A DNA stretch of 64,000 bases, from IMG/VR virus record IMGVR_UViG_3300027763_000038, positions 44,771-108,770 of that record, one strand, 5' to 3'. Each line of letters opens with the position of its first letter. The stretch's first letter is position 1. The notes under the pieces are model-generated. The model was not told where the DNA came from. It ran no database searches and saw only the letters and a program-made list of their open reading frames with translations. Source of the stretch: a virus. Of this stretch, positions 38,912-50,900 are shown in pieces. A program made the translations under genes and the position numbers.

Positions 38912-39552
38912 ATCTGATTCTCAATTTCTTTTTGGATAAGGTCGGGTATGGAAGTATCTAATTTTTCTAATGCTCTAGTAATCCAATTACTATTTTTGGT
39001 ACCAGCAAATTCTGGTGGCACTCTCCAGTTTTGCTTAGATGGCTTCATTATAGCTAATCCAGTTCTTGAATATGGACTAGGACCAACAACTACCTCATAA
39101 TTTCTAACAATAATTTTATCTCCATATAATAACAACCATTCTAACCATGGTAATACAGCTTGACTTAATCCATCTACCACTAAAGCAGAGTCGCTAGTCA
39201 ATACATCTTCATAGTTGTCTTTGATCATATTAATATTGAATCCACCTCTTAAACCAGAAGATGACATAGTTATTGGAGTAGCATTAATAACAATATTTTT
39301 AGTCCATATGTTAATAATTTCATTAACTTTCTGAGCTGATGAAGGTATGCCAAATTCATACTTTAATTTACCAGTCAATAAAGATTGATATTCTGGCTCA
39401 TCAACTATTACCTTATAAACTACTTGTGGTATAGATTTAGCCAGGGCAGGGACAGCTTTTTTAAAAGCCTGCTCCATATGATCTTTGATGCTGGTTAATA
39501 TCTGATTTCTGATATATGAATCAGACTCTAGTATTTTTGCTGTAATTCTCAT
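38908..39552 (-). CDS. Putative tail completion/neck protein (214 aa)
   Basis: Synteny; WLEWLLLYG and AGTKNSNWITRALE resemble HK97 gp10-like proteins; 4-bp overlaps with neighbours. Confidence 0.45.
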   Translation of the reverse strand: MRITAKILESDSYIRNQILTSIKDHMEQAFKKAVPALAKSIPQVVYKVIVDEPEYQSLLTGKLKYEFGIPSSAQKVNEIINIWTKNIVINATPITMSSSGLRGGFNINMIKDNYEDVLTSDSALVVDGLSQAVLPWLEWLLLYGDKIIVRNYEVVVGPSPYSRTGLAIMKPSKQNWRVPPEFAGTKNSNWITRALEKLDTSIPDLIQKEIENQI

Positions 39553-40082
39553 GCTCTAGACCACATAGTAACGATATATCTGTTATCTCCTAAACCACAA
39601 GGTTGAGGATCGCCAGCAGTGACATATGTATAACCACCATAATTTGCTATATTTTTATCGATAGTAATATATTGAGCGTTTTTAATTTTTGGTAGCATTG
39701 ATATTGGGCAGATTGTTTGGACCATGCCATCGGCTATGTTAATAGCATCTGCTTTAGTTGACCAATTAAACCAATATTTACTATCAAAAAGAACTGCCAT
39801 GTATATAGTTTCTTCATTAGCTTTATCAATTAAGCCATATCCATTACAAACTGGGCAAATACTACTATTGGGGAAAGCTACTGGGCCGGTTCCATTATAC
39901 TTATTTAAAGATCTTTGGGACATTGGATCATATAAGCAATTATTGCATAATGAATTATTAGAAGAGCCATATGATATGGTACAAGGAACTGATAGAGCTG
40001 TGTTGGCTAGTATGGCATCAATTGCTTGATTATATATTGCTTTAAACTCTTTGGATATCAAAGCTTCAAAAGGATTGGCCAT
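39549..40082 (-). CDS. Putative head-closure protein with Zn-finger insert (177 aa)
   Basis: Synteny; CNNC...CPVCNGYG; C-terminal GDPQPCGLGDNRYIVTMWSR; GAGG RBS. Confidence 0.5.
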   Translation of the reverse strand: MANPFEALISKEFKAIYNQAIDAILANTALSVPCTISYGSSNNSLCNNCLYDPMSQRSLNKYNGTGPVAFPNSSICPVCNGYGLIDKANEETIYMAVLFDSKYWFNWSTKADAINIADGMVQTICPISMLPKIKNAQYITIDKNIANYGGYTYVTAGDPQPCGLGDNRYIVTMWSRA

Positions 40083-40105
40083 AATATTTTCCTCAAAGAA
40101 TGATT

Positions 40106-40124
40106 CTATATTATTAATTACACC
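40106..40124 (-). promoter_or_regulatory. Candidate phage promoter motif GGTGTA-N10-TAG
   Basis: GGTGTAATTAATAATATAG in the 42-bp gap before the 40082 start; same motif recurs in other intergenic gaps. Confidence 0.55.
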
Positions 40125-41057
40125 TTACCAGCTATAGTGGGCTATTCTGTGCCATAGATTAGTAGCGACACATAGATATAAATAATTTGAATCCCAACAG
40201 ATTTCTCCTGCAATTCCTTGTGAGAAAGAGGCTGGTGGAGTTCTAAAAGGAAACTGATTCCATCCTATAATATCAGAAGTGGGATGATGATGACCAGACA
40301 GAGCATAGTTACCAACAGGTTGAGGAGTATAACTTAATGCTCCTGTTACGTCAGGAAAAGAAAGATTAACTATTCCTGTTCTATTATTAAAAGATACCAC
40401 TCCGCTATTACCTACTGAACTAATAGTAATAGTATTACTTCCATTATCATAATCTACATTAGTATAACCACTACCTAAAATATTTAAGCGATCATTACTA
40501 GTATAGTCCATTCTATTAGTAAGTCCATCTCCTATATAAAAGGTATGAATATGACCACTAATAGCATAGTTTCCACTAGCTTGTTTGTTATCTAATATTC
40601 CAGATAATCCATTAATTTCTGATATAGTGTGATTATGACCAGAGAAACTATAGTTTCCAGATCTCTGTGGCACATATCCTAATCTATCAATGATATTAGT
40701 AGCAGTAAGAAAAGATGATCCTGCTTGAGTATTAATAGTCATTGTTCTACTAAAAGGATTAAACTTCACTTCGGTATCACCAGACCCTACAACATTCAAA
40801 TAATCTCCACTAGATAAATTTAAGTTTATTCTAGGTTCAACTCCATCATAAACAGAAAACGAAATATTTGGATATGATATTGAAGATGGGTGGACTTTCA
40901 TATAGTCTAACCCCGACCATGCTGATAATCCATCTCCTATCTTGAGTCTTTTTGAATCAGTTTCGTATCCTGGTTCTCCTAATCCCAAAATAGGATTAGT
41001 AGAAAACCATTCTCCACTTGGAGCTCTTCTTAATCTTATTCTTTTATATTCACTCAT
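40125..41057 (-). CDS. Short fibre/decoration protein with Mtd-N/hyaluronidase-N-like anchor and HxH repeats (310 aa)
   Basis: RIRLRR...NPILGLGEPGYETDSKRLKIGDG N-terminus; three GNY.[FIL]SGHxH repeats; C-terminal GEICWDSNYLYLCVATNLW. Confidence 0.7.
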   Translation of the reverse strand: MSEYKRIRLRRAPSGEWFSTNPILGLGEPGYETDSKRLKIGDGLSAWSGLDYMKVHPSSISYPNISFSVYDGVEPRINLNLSSGDYLNVVGSGDTEVKFNPFSRTMTINTQAGSSFLTATNIIDRLGYVPQRSGNYSFSGHNHTISEINGLSGILDNKQASGNYAISGHIHTFYIGDGLTNRMDYTSNDRLNILGSGYTNVDYDNGSNTITISSVGNSGVVSFNNRTGIVNLSFPDVTGALSYTPQPVGNYALSGHHHPTSDIIGWNQFPFRTPPASFSQGIAGEICWDSNYLYLCVATNLWHRIAHYSW

Positions 41058-43510
41058 AGTTTTTTTACTCCAAAAATTAACCCTGTAACTTCTGATAATG
41101 TCCAGTTTTGTTGTGTAGTTGGATTTTGATTAATGTAATATTGATATGTTTTGTAACTGGTCTTAGTAACATTGTGTTGTGGGCCAATCTCTATATAATC
41201 ATCTGCTTTAGTTTTAAATGCTGAAGTTGGAGCACTAAAATTAGTTGTATAACGATTTACTCCTGAAGTAATTCTGTACTCATCTATGTAACCATCTTTA
41301 CCAATACTAAGATATGGTTTAGTGCTGTCATAGGAAATAAAATAAGATGATATATCAGATACAGCATTTGGAATAGTATAAATAGTATTAAATGTTCCTG
41401 TTGTTTCATAATCAGATCCACCAAAAAAGTTTCCACTAGTTGATAATTTGTAAGAACTACCTGACTGACCATCAAGGTAGCATACTATATTATTGCTAGA
41501 ATTTCTAGTAATAGCAACATGATGCCAGCCAGTGGTTGCTGTGCTAGGAAAATATAGTTGTCTTGTAACTCTACGAGGATTGAATTGGTTTAAATAATTA
41601 GAGACATATTGAATTCCACTAATATTAGCACTAAAAGAATAAAATTTAGAATCAAAATCTTGTGGATCAATAACAACAGTATCTAATGGTGGCAATGAAA
41701 CTTTATCAAATAAGGATATAGATGTTGTATTATTAGTAAAATATACCCATGATTCTATAGTAAAAGGAGAAGTTGATAGGTCTGGATGATTTAAATATAT
41801 GTAAGAGTTTTGATTTGGAAAACTAATGCTACGAGTACCAATTTTACTAATTGAAGCTGTAGAATTAGTTTGTCCATAAATATTAAGGGTTTTGGGAATT
41901 GTAGCATTATCTACGATAGGACTAGAATCTCCATGCAAAAGTAAAGAAATGTTTGGCTCATAAATATCGCTTTGTCCTGAATATAATACATTAATAAATT
42001 TTGTATCAAGATATTTTTTTCTAGCACTATTATAAACTTTCATTCCTCCAATAGCATCATTAAAATTCCCTCTCCAAACTGACTCAGTATCAAAAGAGTT
42101 AAAAGTAATATTTAAAAGATAGTTTGGTTTGCTCATTTTAACTGCATCTATATTTCCACTATCTATAGTTTCTATATTATTTCCATCAGCGTCTGGTATT
42201 AAAAAGGCTCGTCTATGGCTAGGATAGTCGTTATACGGAATATCTCTTGTTCCTCCGTCACCATCTCCACCTCCTATAACTCTTCTGTATACAGTACGAA
42301 AAGCTGGGTCTTTGTACCATTTTAATAATCCATCAGACGATCCATAGTTATCAATTAAACTACCGCTTACTCCAGGATAAACAGACATAACTTTAGCAGA
42401 ACTGCCTAACCAGTAGGAGGGTGGAGGATCCGTGTTATCTACTAATGCTAAGTCATCTAATAGCCATACTCTTCCTCTCATATAATACCATGAATCTTTC
42501 CAATTTTCCTCTCCTTGGATAGATGGCGTTACTCCATTCATAACAGCACTAGAATAGGTTCTATTATAAAAACGTAAATTATTAAAATTAAAACCACTAA
42601 TAGGTAAGCTAATATCCCATGATTCTTTAGTTATTGTTGGATCACTATTTACTACTGGAAGATTAATATCTTCGGCATTAATATATAACAAAGGAGGACT
42701 TGTAGATTTATCTACTGAAAATTCTAAATGACACCATCTACTAATCATAGCACTAAAGCCATCTCCTCTATTAGAGTCTGTAATTGTTAATATTTTATTA
42801 TTGCTGGTATTAAATACAGAACTTATCTGATAACGACCAATTGTTCCAGAAAGATTAAGATCAAAATAGCCAAGAGTTTGATCGTTCTGTTGAATTTCTA
42901 ATGCTAGTGTTTCTTTTTTGCCATTGATAGGTAATAAATTATCTCCACTTATTTTAACAACATTAACTGTTAGAGAAGACAAATCTCCGCTATTAAAACT
43001 AAATAATGTATGTCTATGAGGATATGAAGAATAGTCAGTATGTTTGGACTCTAAACCAAGACACCTCATTGATAAGTATGATATGCTTCCAGTTGAAACT
43101 GGAAATCCACTAGCTTGTAAGTATGTTGGATATTCTACACTTGTGCTGTTTTCTAATTCTATATTAGTAAATGCTAAAAATCCTGGTGGACTTCCAAAAC
43201 CAGGATATGAATTTTTAGTATAATAAGTTGTTCCCAAAAAAGAATAAGATGCTCTATTATCAGTATATCTACCACTAGGAACTAATCCGTTAATAGATGT
43301 GGGAGTAGAATACTTGTATATGAAGGCTAATCTATCTCCTCCTATATTATTTCCAAATATCCCATCAAGAGCCTGATCTTCTATGGTTGTCGGAGCATAT
43401 CCTCCAAATGCATATTTAGGAAAATATTTAAATTGACTAGACCAGTACTTGGGATCTAGTTCATTAAAAACTAATCCTTTATCAAAGCCTTCAAAAAATA
43501 AAGTAGCCAT
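41054..43510 (-). CDS. LamG/concanavalin-A-like lectin domain virion protein (818 aa)
   Basis: SLLLHGD...FTIESWVYF...WHHVAITR...YLDG...GYIDEYRITSGVNRYTTNFSAPTSAF; AGGAG RBS. Confidence 0.8.
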   Translation of the reverse strand: MATLFFEGFDKGLVFNELDPKYWSSQFKYFPKYAFGGYAPTTIEDQALDGIFGNNIGGDRLAFIYKYSTPTSINGLVPSGRYTDNRASYSFLGTTYYTKNSYPGFGSPPGFLAFTNIELENSTSVEYPTYLQASGFPVSTGSISYLSMRCLGLESKHTDYSSYPHRHTLFSFNSGDLSSLTVNVVKISGDNLLPINGKKETLALEIQQNDQTLGYFDLNLSGTIGRYQISSVFNTSNNKILTITDSNRGDGFSAMISRWCHLEFSVDKSTSPPLLYINAEDINLPVVNSDPTITKESWDISLPISGFNFNNLRFYNRTYSSAVMNGVTPSIQGEENWKDSWYYMRGRVWLLDDLALVDNTDPPPSYWLGSSAKVMSVYPGVSGSLIDNYGSSDGLLKWYKDPAFRTVYRRVIGGGDGDGGTRDIPYNDYPSHRRAFLIPDADGNNIETIDSGNIDAVKMSKPNYLLNITFNSFDTESVWRGNFNDAIGGMKVYNSARKKYLDTKFINVLYSGQSDIYEPNISLLLHGDSSPIVDNATIPKTLNIYGQTNSTASISKIGTRSISFPNQNSYIYLNHPDLSTSPFTIESWVYFTNNTTSISLFDKVSLPPLDTVVIDPQDFDSKFYSFSANISGIQYVSNYLNQFNPRRVTRQLYFPSTATTGWHHVAITRNSSNNIVCYLDGQSGSSYKLSTSGNFFGGSDYETTGTFNTIYTIPNAVSDISSYFISYDSTKPYLSIGKDGYIDEYRITSGVNRYTTNFSAPTSAFKTKADDYIEIGPQHNVTKTSYKTYQYYINQNPTTQQNWTLSEVTGLIFGVKKL

Positions 43511-43570
43511 AGTATCTCCTAGACCAGAATTATATTGCTTAATATGATCATTATAGTGGTCAATATAGTC

Positions 43571-43588
43571 CTATAGGTTTAATACACC
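43571..43588 (-). promoter_or_regulatory. Candidate phage promoter motif GGTGTA-N9-TAG
   Basis: GGTGTATTAAACCTATAG in the gap upstream of the LamG gene. Confidence 0.55.
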
Positions 43589-43591
43589 GGG

Positions 43592-43783
43592 TTAAATGAT
43601 TGAAATCTGTAAGTCACATGGAAGATCATATTGTAATATTTCTACAGAAACATACGATACTAATGCGGAAAATTCTGGTTTTTTATAGGTTAAGAAATCA
43701 TGACCTAAAGATGAATAATAGACTCTATAAATTTCTCTATCTTGGTATGATAAAGGATATCCAAAAAATGGAGGTAAGATCAT
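43592..43783 (-). CDS. Small hypothetical protein (63 aa)
   Basis: ATG preceded by AGGAGAAAGTT; co-oriented; fills the gap. Confidence 0.7.
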   Translation of the reverse strand: MILPPFFGYPLSYQDREIYRVYYSSLGHDFLTYKKPEFSALVSYVSVEILQYDLPCDLQISII

Positions 43784-43795
43784 AACTTTCTCCTA

Positions 43796-44950
43796 TTAGT
43801 CTGGACCACCATTGGCATCAGTAGTGTCGCCGGATAATATCATAGTATTAGTTCCAGCTTTTACAAGAGTTGCTATAGAGTACTGTCCAACTAATTTGGA
43901 GTGTCCTAATCTATTAGATAATCCAACTCCAGATAGTCTAACCTGACCAGACCCAAGTTGAGAAAGCAAACAATTAAACCCTGGAGATAAGCTACTACTA
44001 AATTGTACATTAACTGCATGATCATTATTAGTAAATGTTAAAACTTTACCATTATCAGACTGAGATATAGTATAGCCGGAAGATGAAATATTTTGCAGAG
44101 AAGCGGAGAATCTTGTTAGTTCTCCGTCTCCTAAAGATTGAGTGCCTGTGAAACTGTTTCCTCCAGAGAGTCTGGCAAAAAGATCAGCAGATAAGGTAGA
44201 TATACTACCCAAACCCAGAGTATCTCGTTGTGCAGCTGCTGAAATATCATTGATTAGTACTTTACCAGCATTACTAATTGGTATTGTTGAATATTGATCA
44301 ACACCAGTACCATATATAAGCTGATTTGCCGTAATCTGTAAATTACTTAATTGTGTTAATCTATTATTGTATGCTTGAACATTTGTTCCAATAGTTAAGC
44401 CAGTAACAGATAGAGTTAAGGTATTCAAGTCCTGATCTGCATAATTGAACTGCAAAGAGGTTCCTGCTTTCAATAAATCAGCTACTCTATCATCCACAGA
44501 CTCATTGAAGTTATTAATATCGCTTGAAACATGATGATGACCCAATGGAGAATATTGTGAGCTTAAACTATCAGATGAAATATTAATAGTTTTAGTATTT
44601 GGTAAAAATGAAACTGTAGTTCCTCCGGCTCCAACAATATTTAATGTTTCGTCTTCTTTAATAATTATACTACCAACATTTAGCTTAGTTAAACCAGTTC
44701 CCGGAGGCCCACGCAAACCAGATGGGCCAATTTCTCCTTGTGGACCTGCGGGACCAGTTTCTCCTCGTAAGCCGCTAGGTCCAGTTAATCCAGTTAATCC
44801 TCTTTCAGCATAAACTACACTAACAGTATTGTCAAAACCATCTACAATGCTCAGATTGGTAGTAATAACATTCGGACTATCAGAACCAGCTATAGACTGA
44901 TTTATGACTAAAATTTTGGGAGATGAAGGTGTGATATTAACAGTAGCCAT
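43796..44950 (-). CDS. Collagen-like fibre protein (384 aa)
   Basis: About 11 GXY triplets (GLTGLTGPSGLRGETGPAGPQGEIGPSGLRGPPG); LGHHHVSSDINNF motif; IGTNVQAY and AAAQRDTLGLG fibre motifs; YTISQSDNGKVL C-terminal domain. Confidence 0.78.
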   Translation of the reverse strand: MATVNITPSSPKILVINQSIAGSDSPNVITTNLSIVDGFDNTVSVVYAERGLTGLTGPSGLRGETGPAGPQGEIGPSGLRGPPGTGLTKLNVGSIIIKEDETLNIVGAGGTTVSFLPNTKTINISSDSLSSQYSPLGHHHVSSDINNFNESVDDRVADLLKAGTSLQFNYADQDLNTLTLSVTGLTIGTNVQAYNNRLTQLSNLQITANQLIYGTGVDQYSTIPISNAGKVLINDISAAAQRDTLGLGSISTLSADLFARLSGGNSFTGTQSLGDGELTRFSASLQNISSSGYTISQSDNGKVLTFTNNDHAVNVQFSSSLSPGFNCLLSQLGSGQVRLSGVGLSNRLGHSKLVGQYSIATLVKAGTNTMILSGDTTDANGGPD

Positions 44951-44965
44951 AATTTATTAATATCC

Positions 44966-47900
44966 TTATGGTTGTTGAGTTAAGTTTACTGTTACTGTAT
45001 CGGAACCAGTATCATCATATGCTCTGATATTAAGAACCTGTAGACCTCTCCAGTTATAATTTACACTATTAGTACTAGACAAAGTAATAGTTAATCTATC
45101 TGTAGTGCTATTATAGTTATCATTCATTTTAGAGGTATTGAGGGATCTGGAGAAAATACACATACTATTATTAACTAAAATTTCTGGAGTATTATTATAA
45201 ACAGGCCTGAGTCCTCCTTCAATTTCAAAACTAAAATTCCATGATCCATTAATATTAGTAACACCAGAATCAATAACAGACTGAGGAAGAATAATTTTAA
45301 GTGGTTTATTTATGTAAACAGGATACTCTACCATGTATTTTTTAGGAGTCAAAGAAGTACCAGAGAATGCTGGTAAGCCACTATTCTCTAAAGAAAAAAT
45401 CTTATATTTATAGTCTTTATAGAGACCTGTTGGAGTACCACTCAAACCAAATTTCCATTCTCCTTTTTGAGAGAAAGTAATATTGTTAAGTTTAATTTGA
45501 TCGTAATAATTTTGTTTGATATCATAAAAATCTGTATTATTTAATGGTCCAAAAGCGAATGTATCAGGTCCGTTAAAAGATGCCCTTAAAGAACTACTAT
45601 CTCCAGATACTATAGAGATTCTGTAGTTAGAGAGTATTATATTATTTTCAGTAGAAATTGAAGCGCCATCTGTTATGTCTATATAATCTCCTGTCTTGTA
45701 AGGAATACCATTATGATGTATTAATAATGATGTCACTCCAGCTGATTGGTCTATTGATTGAATATAGCATTTATCATATACTGTTACTGTTCCAACTGTT
45801 GAAATACCATTATATTGATATGGCAGTGTCATTGTGCTACTATAACTGTCATTTAAAATTATACCAGTATTAAATGATATATAATCTCCACTAAAATTAA
45901 CTAAAACAGAATCGTTGGGTTTAAATATGTTAGTAGCATTAGCTGGTAAAGAAATATTAATTTTTTGGTTTGTTGTTCCACCAAAGAATCCGGAATGTTG
46001 ATATGTTCCAATTAATATTTTTTCATTAAGTTTTTTCTGTAATACACCAGTAAATAATGGACGATAATCAGCTAAGTCCCAAATAGTACCATCTGATAGC
46101 TGATAAAATGGAACTCTTTGGCTACCTCCACTAAATGGAACATAACCACCCAATGCTCTAACAGAATATCCTGATATTGGCTGTCCACTCATGCAGCTGA
46201 TACTATTTTTGATACCTGTAATGAGGATCGGAGGGAAGCTTGATTGGGTTGGGTTATCATCTCTATTTCCTCCTTTGTGGATCCAAAAATATTCATTTTC
46301 TGCATAAGGAATAGCATTATATTTATAAGTTGGAAATTTATCAGATGGCTTATCGATAAATAGAGATAAAACAGTTCCGGAATTAAAAACATAATTGAAT
46401 TGAATAGGACTACCACCAGCGGTCCCAGCAGCAGAAGTAGAAGTAGAACCACTGTTTAACGGAGTTCCTGAGATACAATGTTTAATAAGGTAATTAATAG
46501 ATACTAATCTATAGTTTTCTGTTAAGTCTTTTTCATATTGAGAAATACCATACGCACACTTGCTTAAAAGAGCATATGCCTGATTATTATATGAGAAAGG
46601 AACATTATCACCACCCTGTGCTGGTGGAGGAGCAAATAATTCTATAGATGGTCTTGGAACACTTATTCCGCTAATTCTAAGATATCCTGTTTCCCAACAA
46701 TTAGAAGTTTTCATTGTATACACAGAAGGAAAAGTAGAGTATTCTGATATTGTAGAAACATTAAGCCCAGTTAAAAAGATATCATCATTTCTAAAAGAAC
46801 CAGATACTGGTATTGAGGCAGAAAACGATGGCCTCATTCTTCCAAATAAGCCATAGTTTGTGGGGTCATTTATGCTTTTAAGTTTAATTATACCACAGCC
46901 TAGTATGGATTTAGTACTAGTAGAATCTACTGTACCCTTAAAATTATTGAGATTTGATGTATTTATTGATTTTATAGCAGATTGAACAAATCTACCGGAA
47001 CCAACACCGAAAGTATGTCCAGTAACTGCTATATATTTAACACTTGGGTTTCCACTCTGTTTGACTATGTATGTGCCATTAAAACCATTAGTATTTAAAG
47101 TATCATTATTAAATTCAACATATACTAGACTACCAACAGTATTAGTTAATTTTGTATTGGTAATATTATCAATATAGACATTATAATTTCCTGCTGCAAA
47201 ATTTCCTCCACTATAACGGAATGAGGATGTTTGACATTCGGAATGAGGCAAAATACTAGTACATGTCAAAGCATCAGAGATAGCTGGTGGCCAATAATTT
47301 TGCTGTCCATTTGCATCTATTGGATTTGTACCAGATGGTTGTTGAACAGAATTTATATCATTGCCCCTCTCTGTATATGCTGGTTTAGTCCCATCAAAAT
47401 AAACTGTTAAATTAATAGGAGAAGCAGGATTAGCTGTAGAAATATCTGTAAACTTTATTTCTTTAGTAGCAGACTTATTTCTTGCATCAAAAACTTTGAA
47501 AGTAAAAATATCTGGATATGAAGTACCACTAGCAAATGTTAAAGGTTCTCCATAGATTCTTAAAGTTCCAGTACTCATATTATTCCAGGGGGAGCTTGGA
47601 GTACCTCCAGGAAATGATATAGTATAATTAAGACCTAAAGGTAAAGAACCACTAACAGTCCAACCCGACATTCCGGTAGGTTCTGGACATTGTGCTCTTG
47701 TATTAGTATAAAATTGCCAATAATTATTAATTGGTGCCTGACCGCACAATGGAGATAATTCAATAGTGTCTGATGAACCAGGCATTGTTCTAATACTCGG
47801 TCCAGGATGACCGATACCCTGATCTATCAATGTTGTGTATTTTATTATAGCTTGTTTTTTATCTGAACTCAAATATAAATTTTGAGTAGTATCAGTATCA

Positions 47901-50900
47901 ATAGCAGTAATAAGAATTTGTTTATTTCCTGAAATATTACATAGAGGTAGTCCACTAAAACTAAATAACCACTTTTTCTTATTAGCATTCCAGGATCTAC
48001 CAATAAAACATGCTGCTTGATTTTCTATTGGAATTTTTGGATTATATCCGGAACAGGAAGAAGGAAAGCCAGACAAAAGAATAGTTGGAGGATAATTAGG
48101 ATTTTCTAAACCGCCAATAGTAGCAAAAGATACCTCCCAAGGAAAACCCTCTCTTGCAGGATAGAATGGTTCTGTAACATCTACAATTTGAAATGGTACT
48201 GTATCTCCTCCGATACTAGATAGATAAGAAGAATCTAATTCTACTAAATTAAGTTTGCCTACTCCATAAATTTTATCTGTAGCAATACCTTTACATTTTA
48301 CTAATAACTGAGAATAGCTATTATCTCCTAATGAAGTATTTTGATTAGTAACATCAAGAGAAACATCCCATTTAGCAGTCATCGGGGATCCAGAATAAGC
48401 GTACTCCCATGTTGATAAATCTTTATCGTACTTAGTATATGGTCTTGTTAATTGAATTGTATTCTCTGTTAGTGGCGAAGCAGCGATTGTAACTCCGGGA
48501 GGTTGTTCTGGTGGAGGTAAAGCTTGTTTAATATCTAGATTAGATTGATAACTATTATTAGGTGTTGCATAAATAATAGATCTAATATTATCTAGATATT
48601 GTTCTTTTGTAAAAAATAATCTTATTGTATTTGTATTACTGGAGAATCCGTCTTCAGCGTAAACTAAAATATCTTTATATCCTAATTCTTCTGTTGCTTT
48701 ACCAAAAACATCTTTTTTACCATCTACAAATACTGACCATGAATGATTAATTTCATCATATTTTGTAAATAAAACATACTCTAGGGGCTGTGATAAATAG
48801 TTTCCTAAAGTTGGTAAATTAGATAACCTTACCCTAGGAGGAAGGTCATTACGATGAGACCCTACTCCATTCTGTACTTTAAACTGTAAAGCCCATAATT
48901 CTTGAGGATCATAAACTAGAGGTTCTATAAGTTCTGATTTATTAACTACTATTTTTTTATATAGAGTTAAATTGAAGGTTTGATTTTTTGTATATCTTAC
49001 CCAGCTAACGCTATCGTCTGGAGCTATTACTGGTTGAGATATTGCAATATTAGTATTAATAGAAGGATAATATCCTACAGAACCACTAATAGATGCATTT
49101 ACTCTATATCTTTGAGAAGCAGTACTATATTCCACAATAGAACTAATAGACAAAGCCTGAGTATTAGTAGTAAAAGTAACAACAGGCTCACTTAGAGAAT
49201 CATAAAAAGCTGGAACAAAGAATGAAAAAGAAACTACATCACTAGGATTAGTAATATCTATATAAATATCATTATCAAGTCCCTGTGGATTAATAGAGTA
49301 GGCTGGCTTAGATTGGGTATTATCTAAAACTACTACGGTTCCGCTTTGTGATGTTAAAATTTCAGAAGTTATAAAATCTCTTATAGTCAATACAGGATTA
49401 AAGATACCAGTATTAGAACCAGCTGAACCAATGAATACTTTGGTACCAGAAGCATTTGTTAATTCTTCGTTAATCATAGTCGGAGCAGATGCTGGATAAT
49501 CATTTATTGTTAATGAATAGCTCTGACTATCTGTTGGGAGATTTTTAATATCAAATGGTAATATCCAATTTATTGCGCTATTCTTATAAACATAAGTTGT
49601 TCCAGCATATTCCATCTTTGGTAGAACTTTAGTCGTTAAAGATATATTAGTAGAATCCGTTCCACTCTCATCATTTACTGTAATAGTAATTGTTTTATTA
49701 TTCACATATTGTACAATATCTGAGATTAAAACTGGAATTGTCCACTGTTTTGTAGAACTACTATATATTATATTAGCAAAATCTATATCATATGATCCAA
49801 CTCCATAAATATTCACTCGTGGAGCAGATCGGTTCAGGTCATTTGACCACTTCCCTGCACCATTTAATACTGTAAGTTTAAGATAGATTTGATTCTTTGA
49901 GGAAGGAATAGTGATAGAATTATCCGATACAATTCTATATGTTACTTCGTCATTAAACAGATATTCGATTTGAGAAATCTTAAGTAGGTCGGGTGGAAGA
50001 GATATAAGCTGTGTTCCAGCTTGTCCGTAGTGGATAGTGCCGCTGTATCCTCCAAAATTATTAATATCTTTATTGAAGTGTATTAGATGTTTCCATCTGT
50101 GAGACTGATCATTATATGAGTTGATATAATAGTCTACTAAATTATTACTTCCTAAAGAAATATTTCCTTGTGATGTTTCAAAAACATTATTTAAATTAGG
50201 ATTTCTATTAGATTTAATATTGTAGTCACTATCTATGATATAAACTAATCCACTACGACCAAGATAGTCGGAATCGAATGGCATATTAAGAGTAAAAGTA
50301 TCGGAATCTAGTCTGTCAGCTATATAATAGCTACCATTGATTTCTGGGGCATCATCACTAAAATCAAAATAGAATTTCTTATTAACTCCCCAAGGCCTAA
50401 CATAACCACTGCCATTAGAAGTAGTAGCAGTATTAGATTGTTTACCAACATCTTGACGATTAACTATGTCTGGTATATTACGGAATTGATCATCATTATA
50501 TACTGAAATTCTAACACATAAAGTACCAGAGGAACAATTTTGACTACTAACTCCTATGGTATATATTCCTGTTTGTGGAGCAGGAACATTGGTTCCGGAT
50601 GGATCTCTTGGCCAAGATGCTGTAAAACCACCATGAGAGTGATAGTATATATTATTATTAAAGGGGATATTGCAATTACCAGATACAGACCCGATGAATG
50701 AAATATATCCTGTCGGTTGAATTTGTTGATCTAAAGTAAGACCTAAAGGATTTGTAAACCTATATTGATTATACCACTCTGTAGCAAATCTATTAAGTAA
50801 TACATTATTATTCCCGTTAATTCCAATTCCAGAAAAAGCAGTATCTCTTGCATTAGACTGTGTAATTCTAATATTTCTACTTACTCCTGAACCAAAAGAA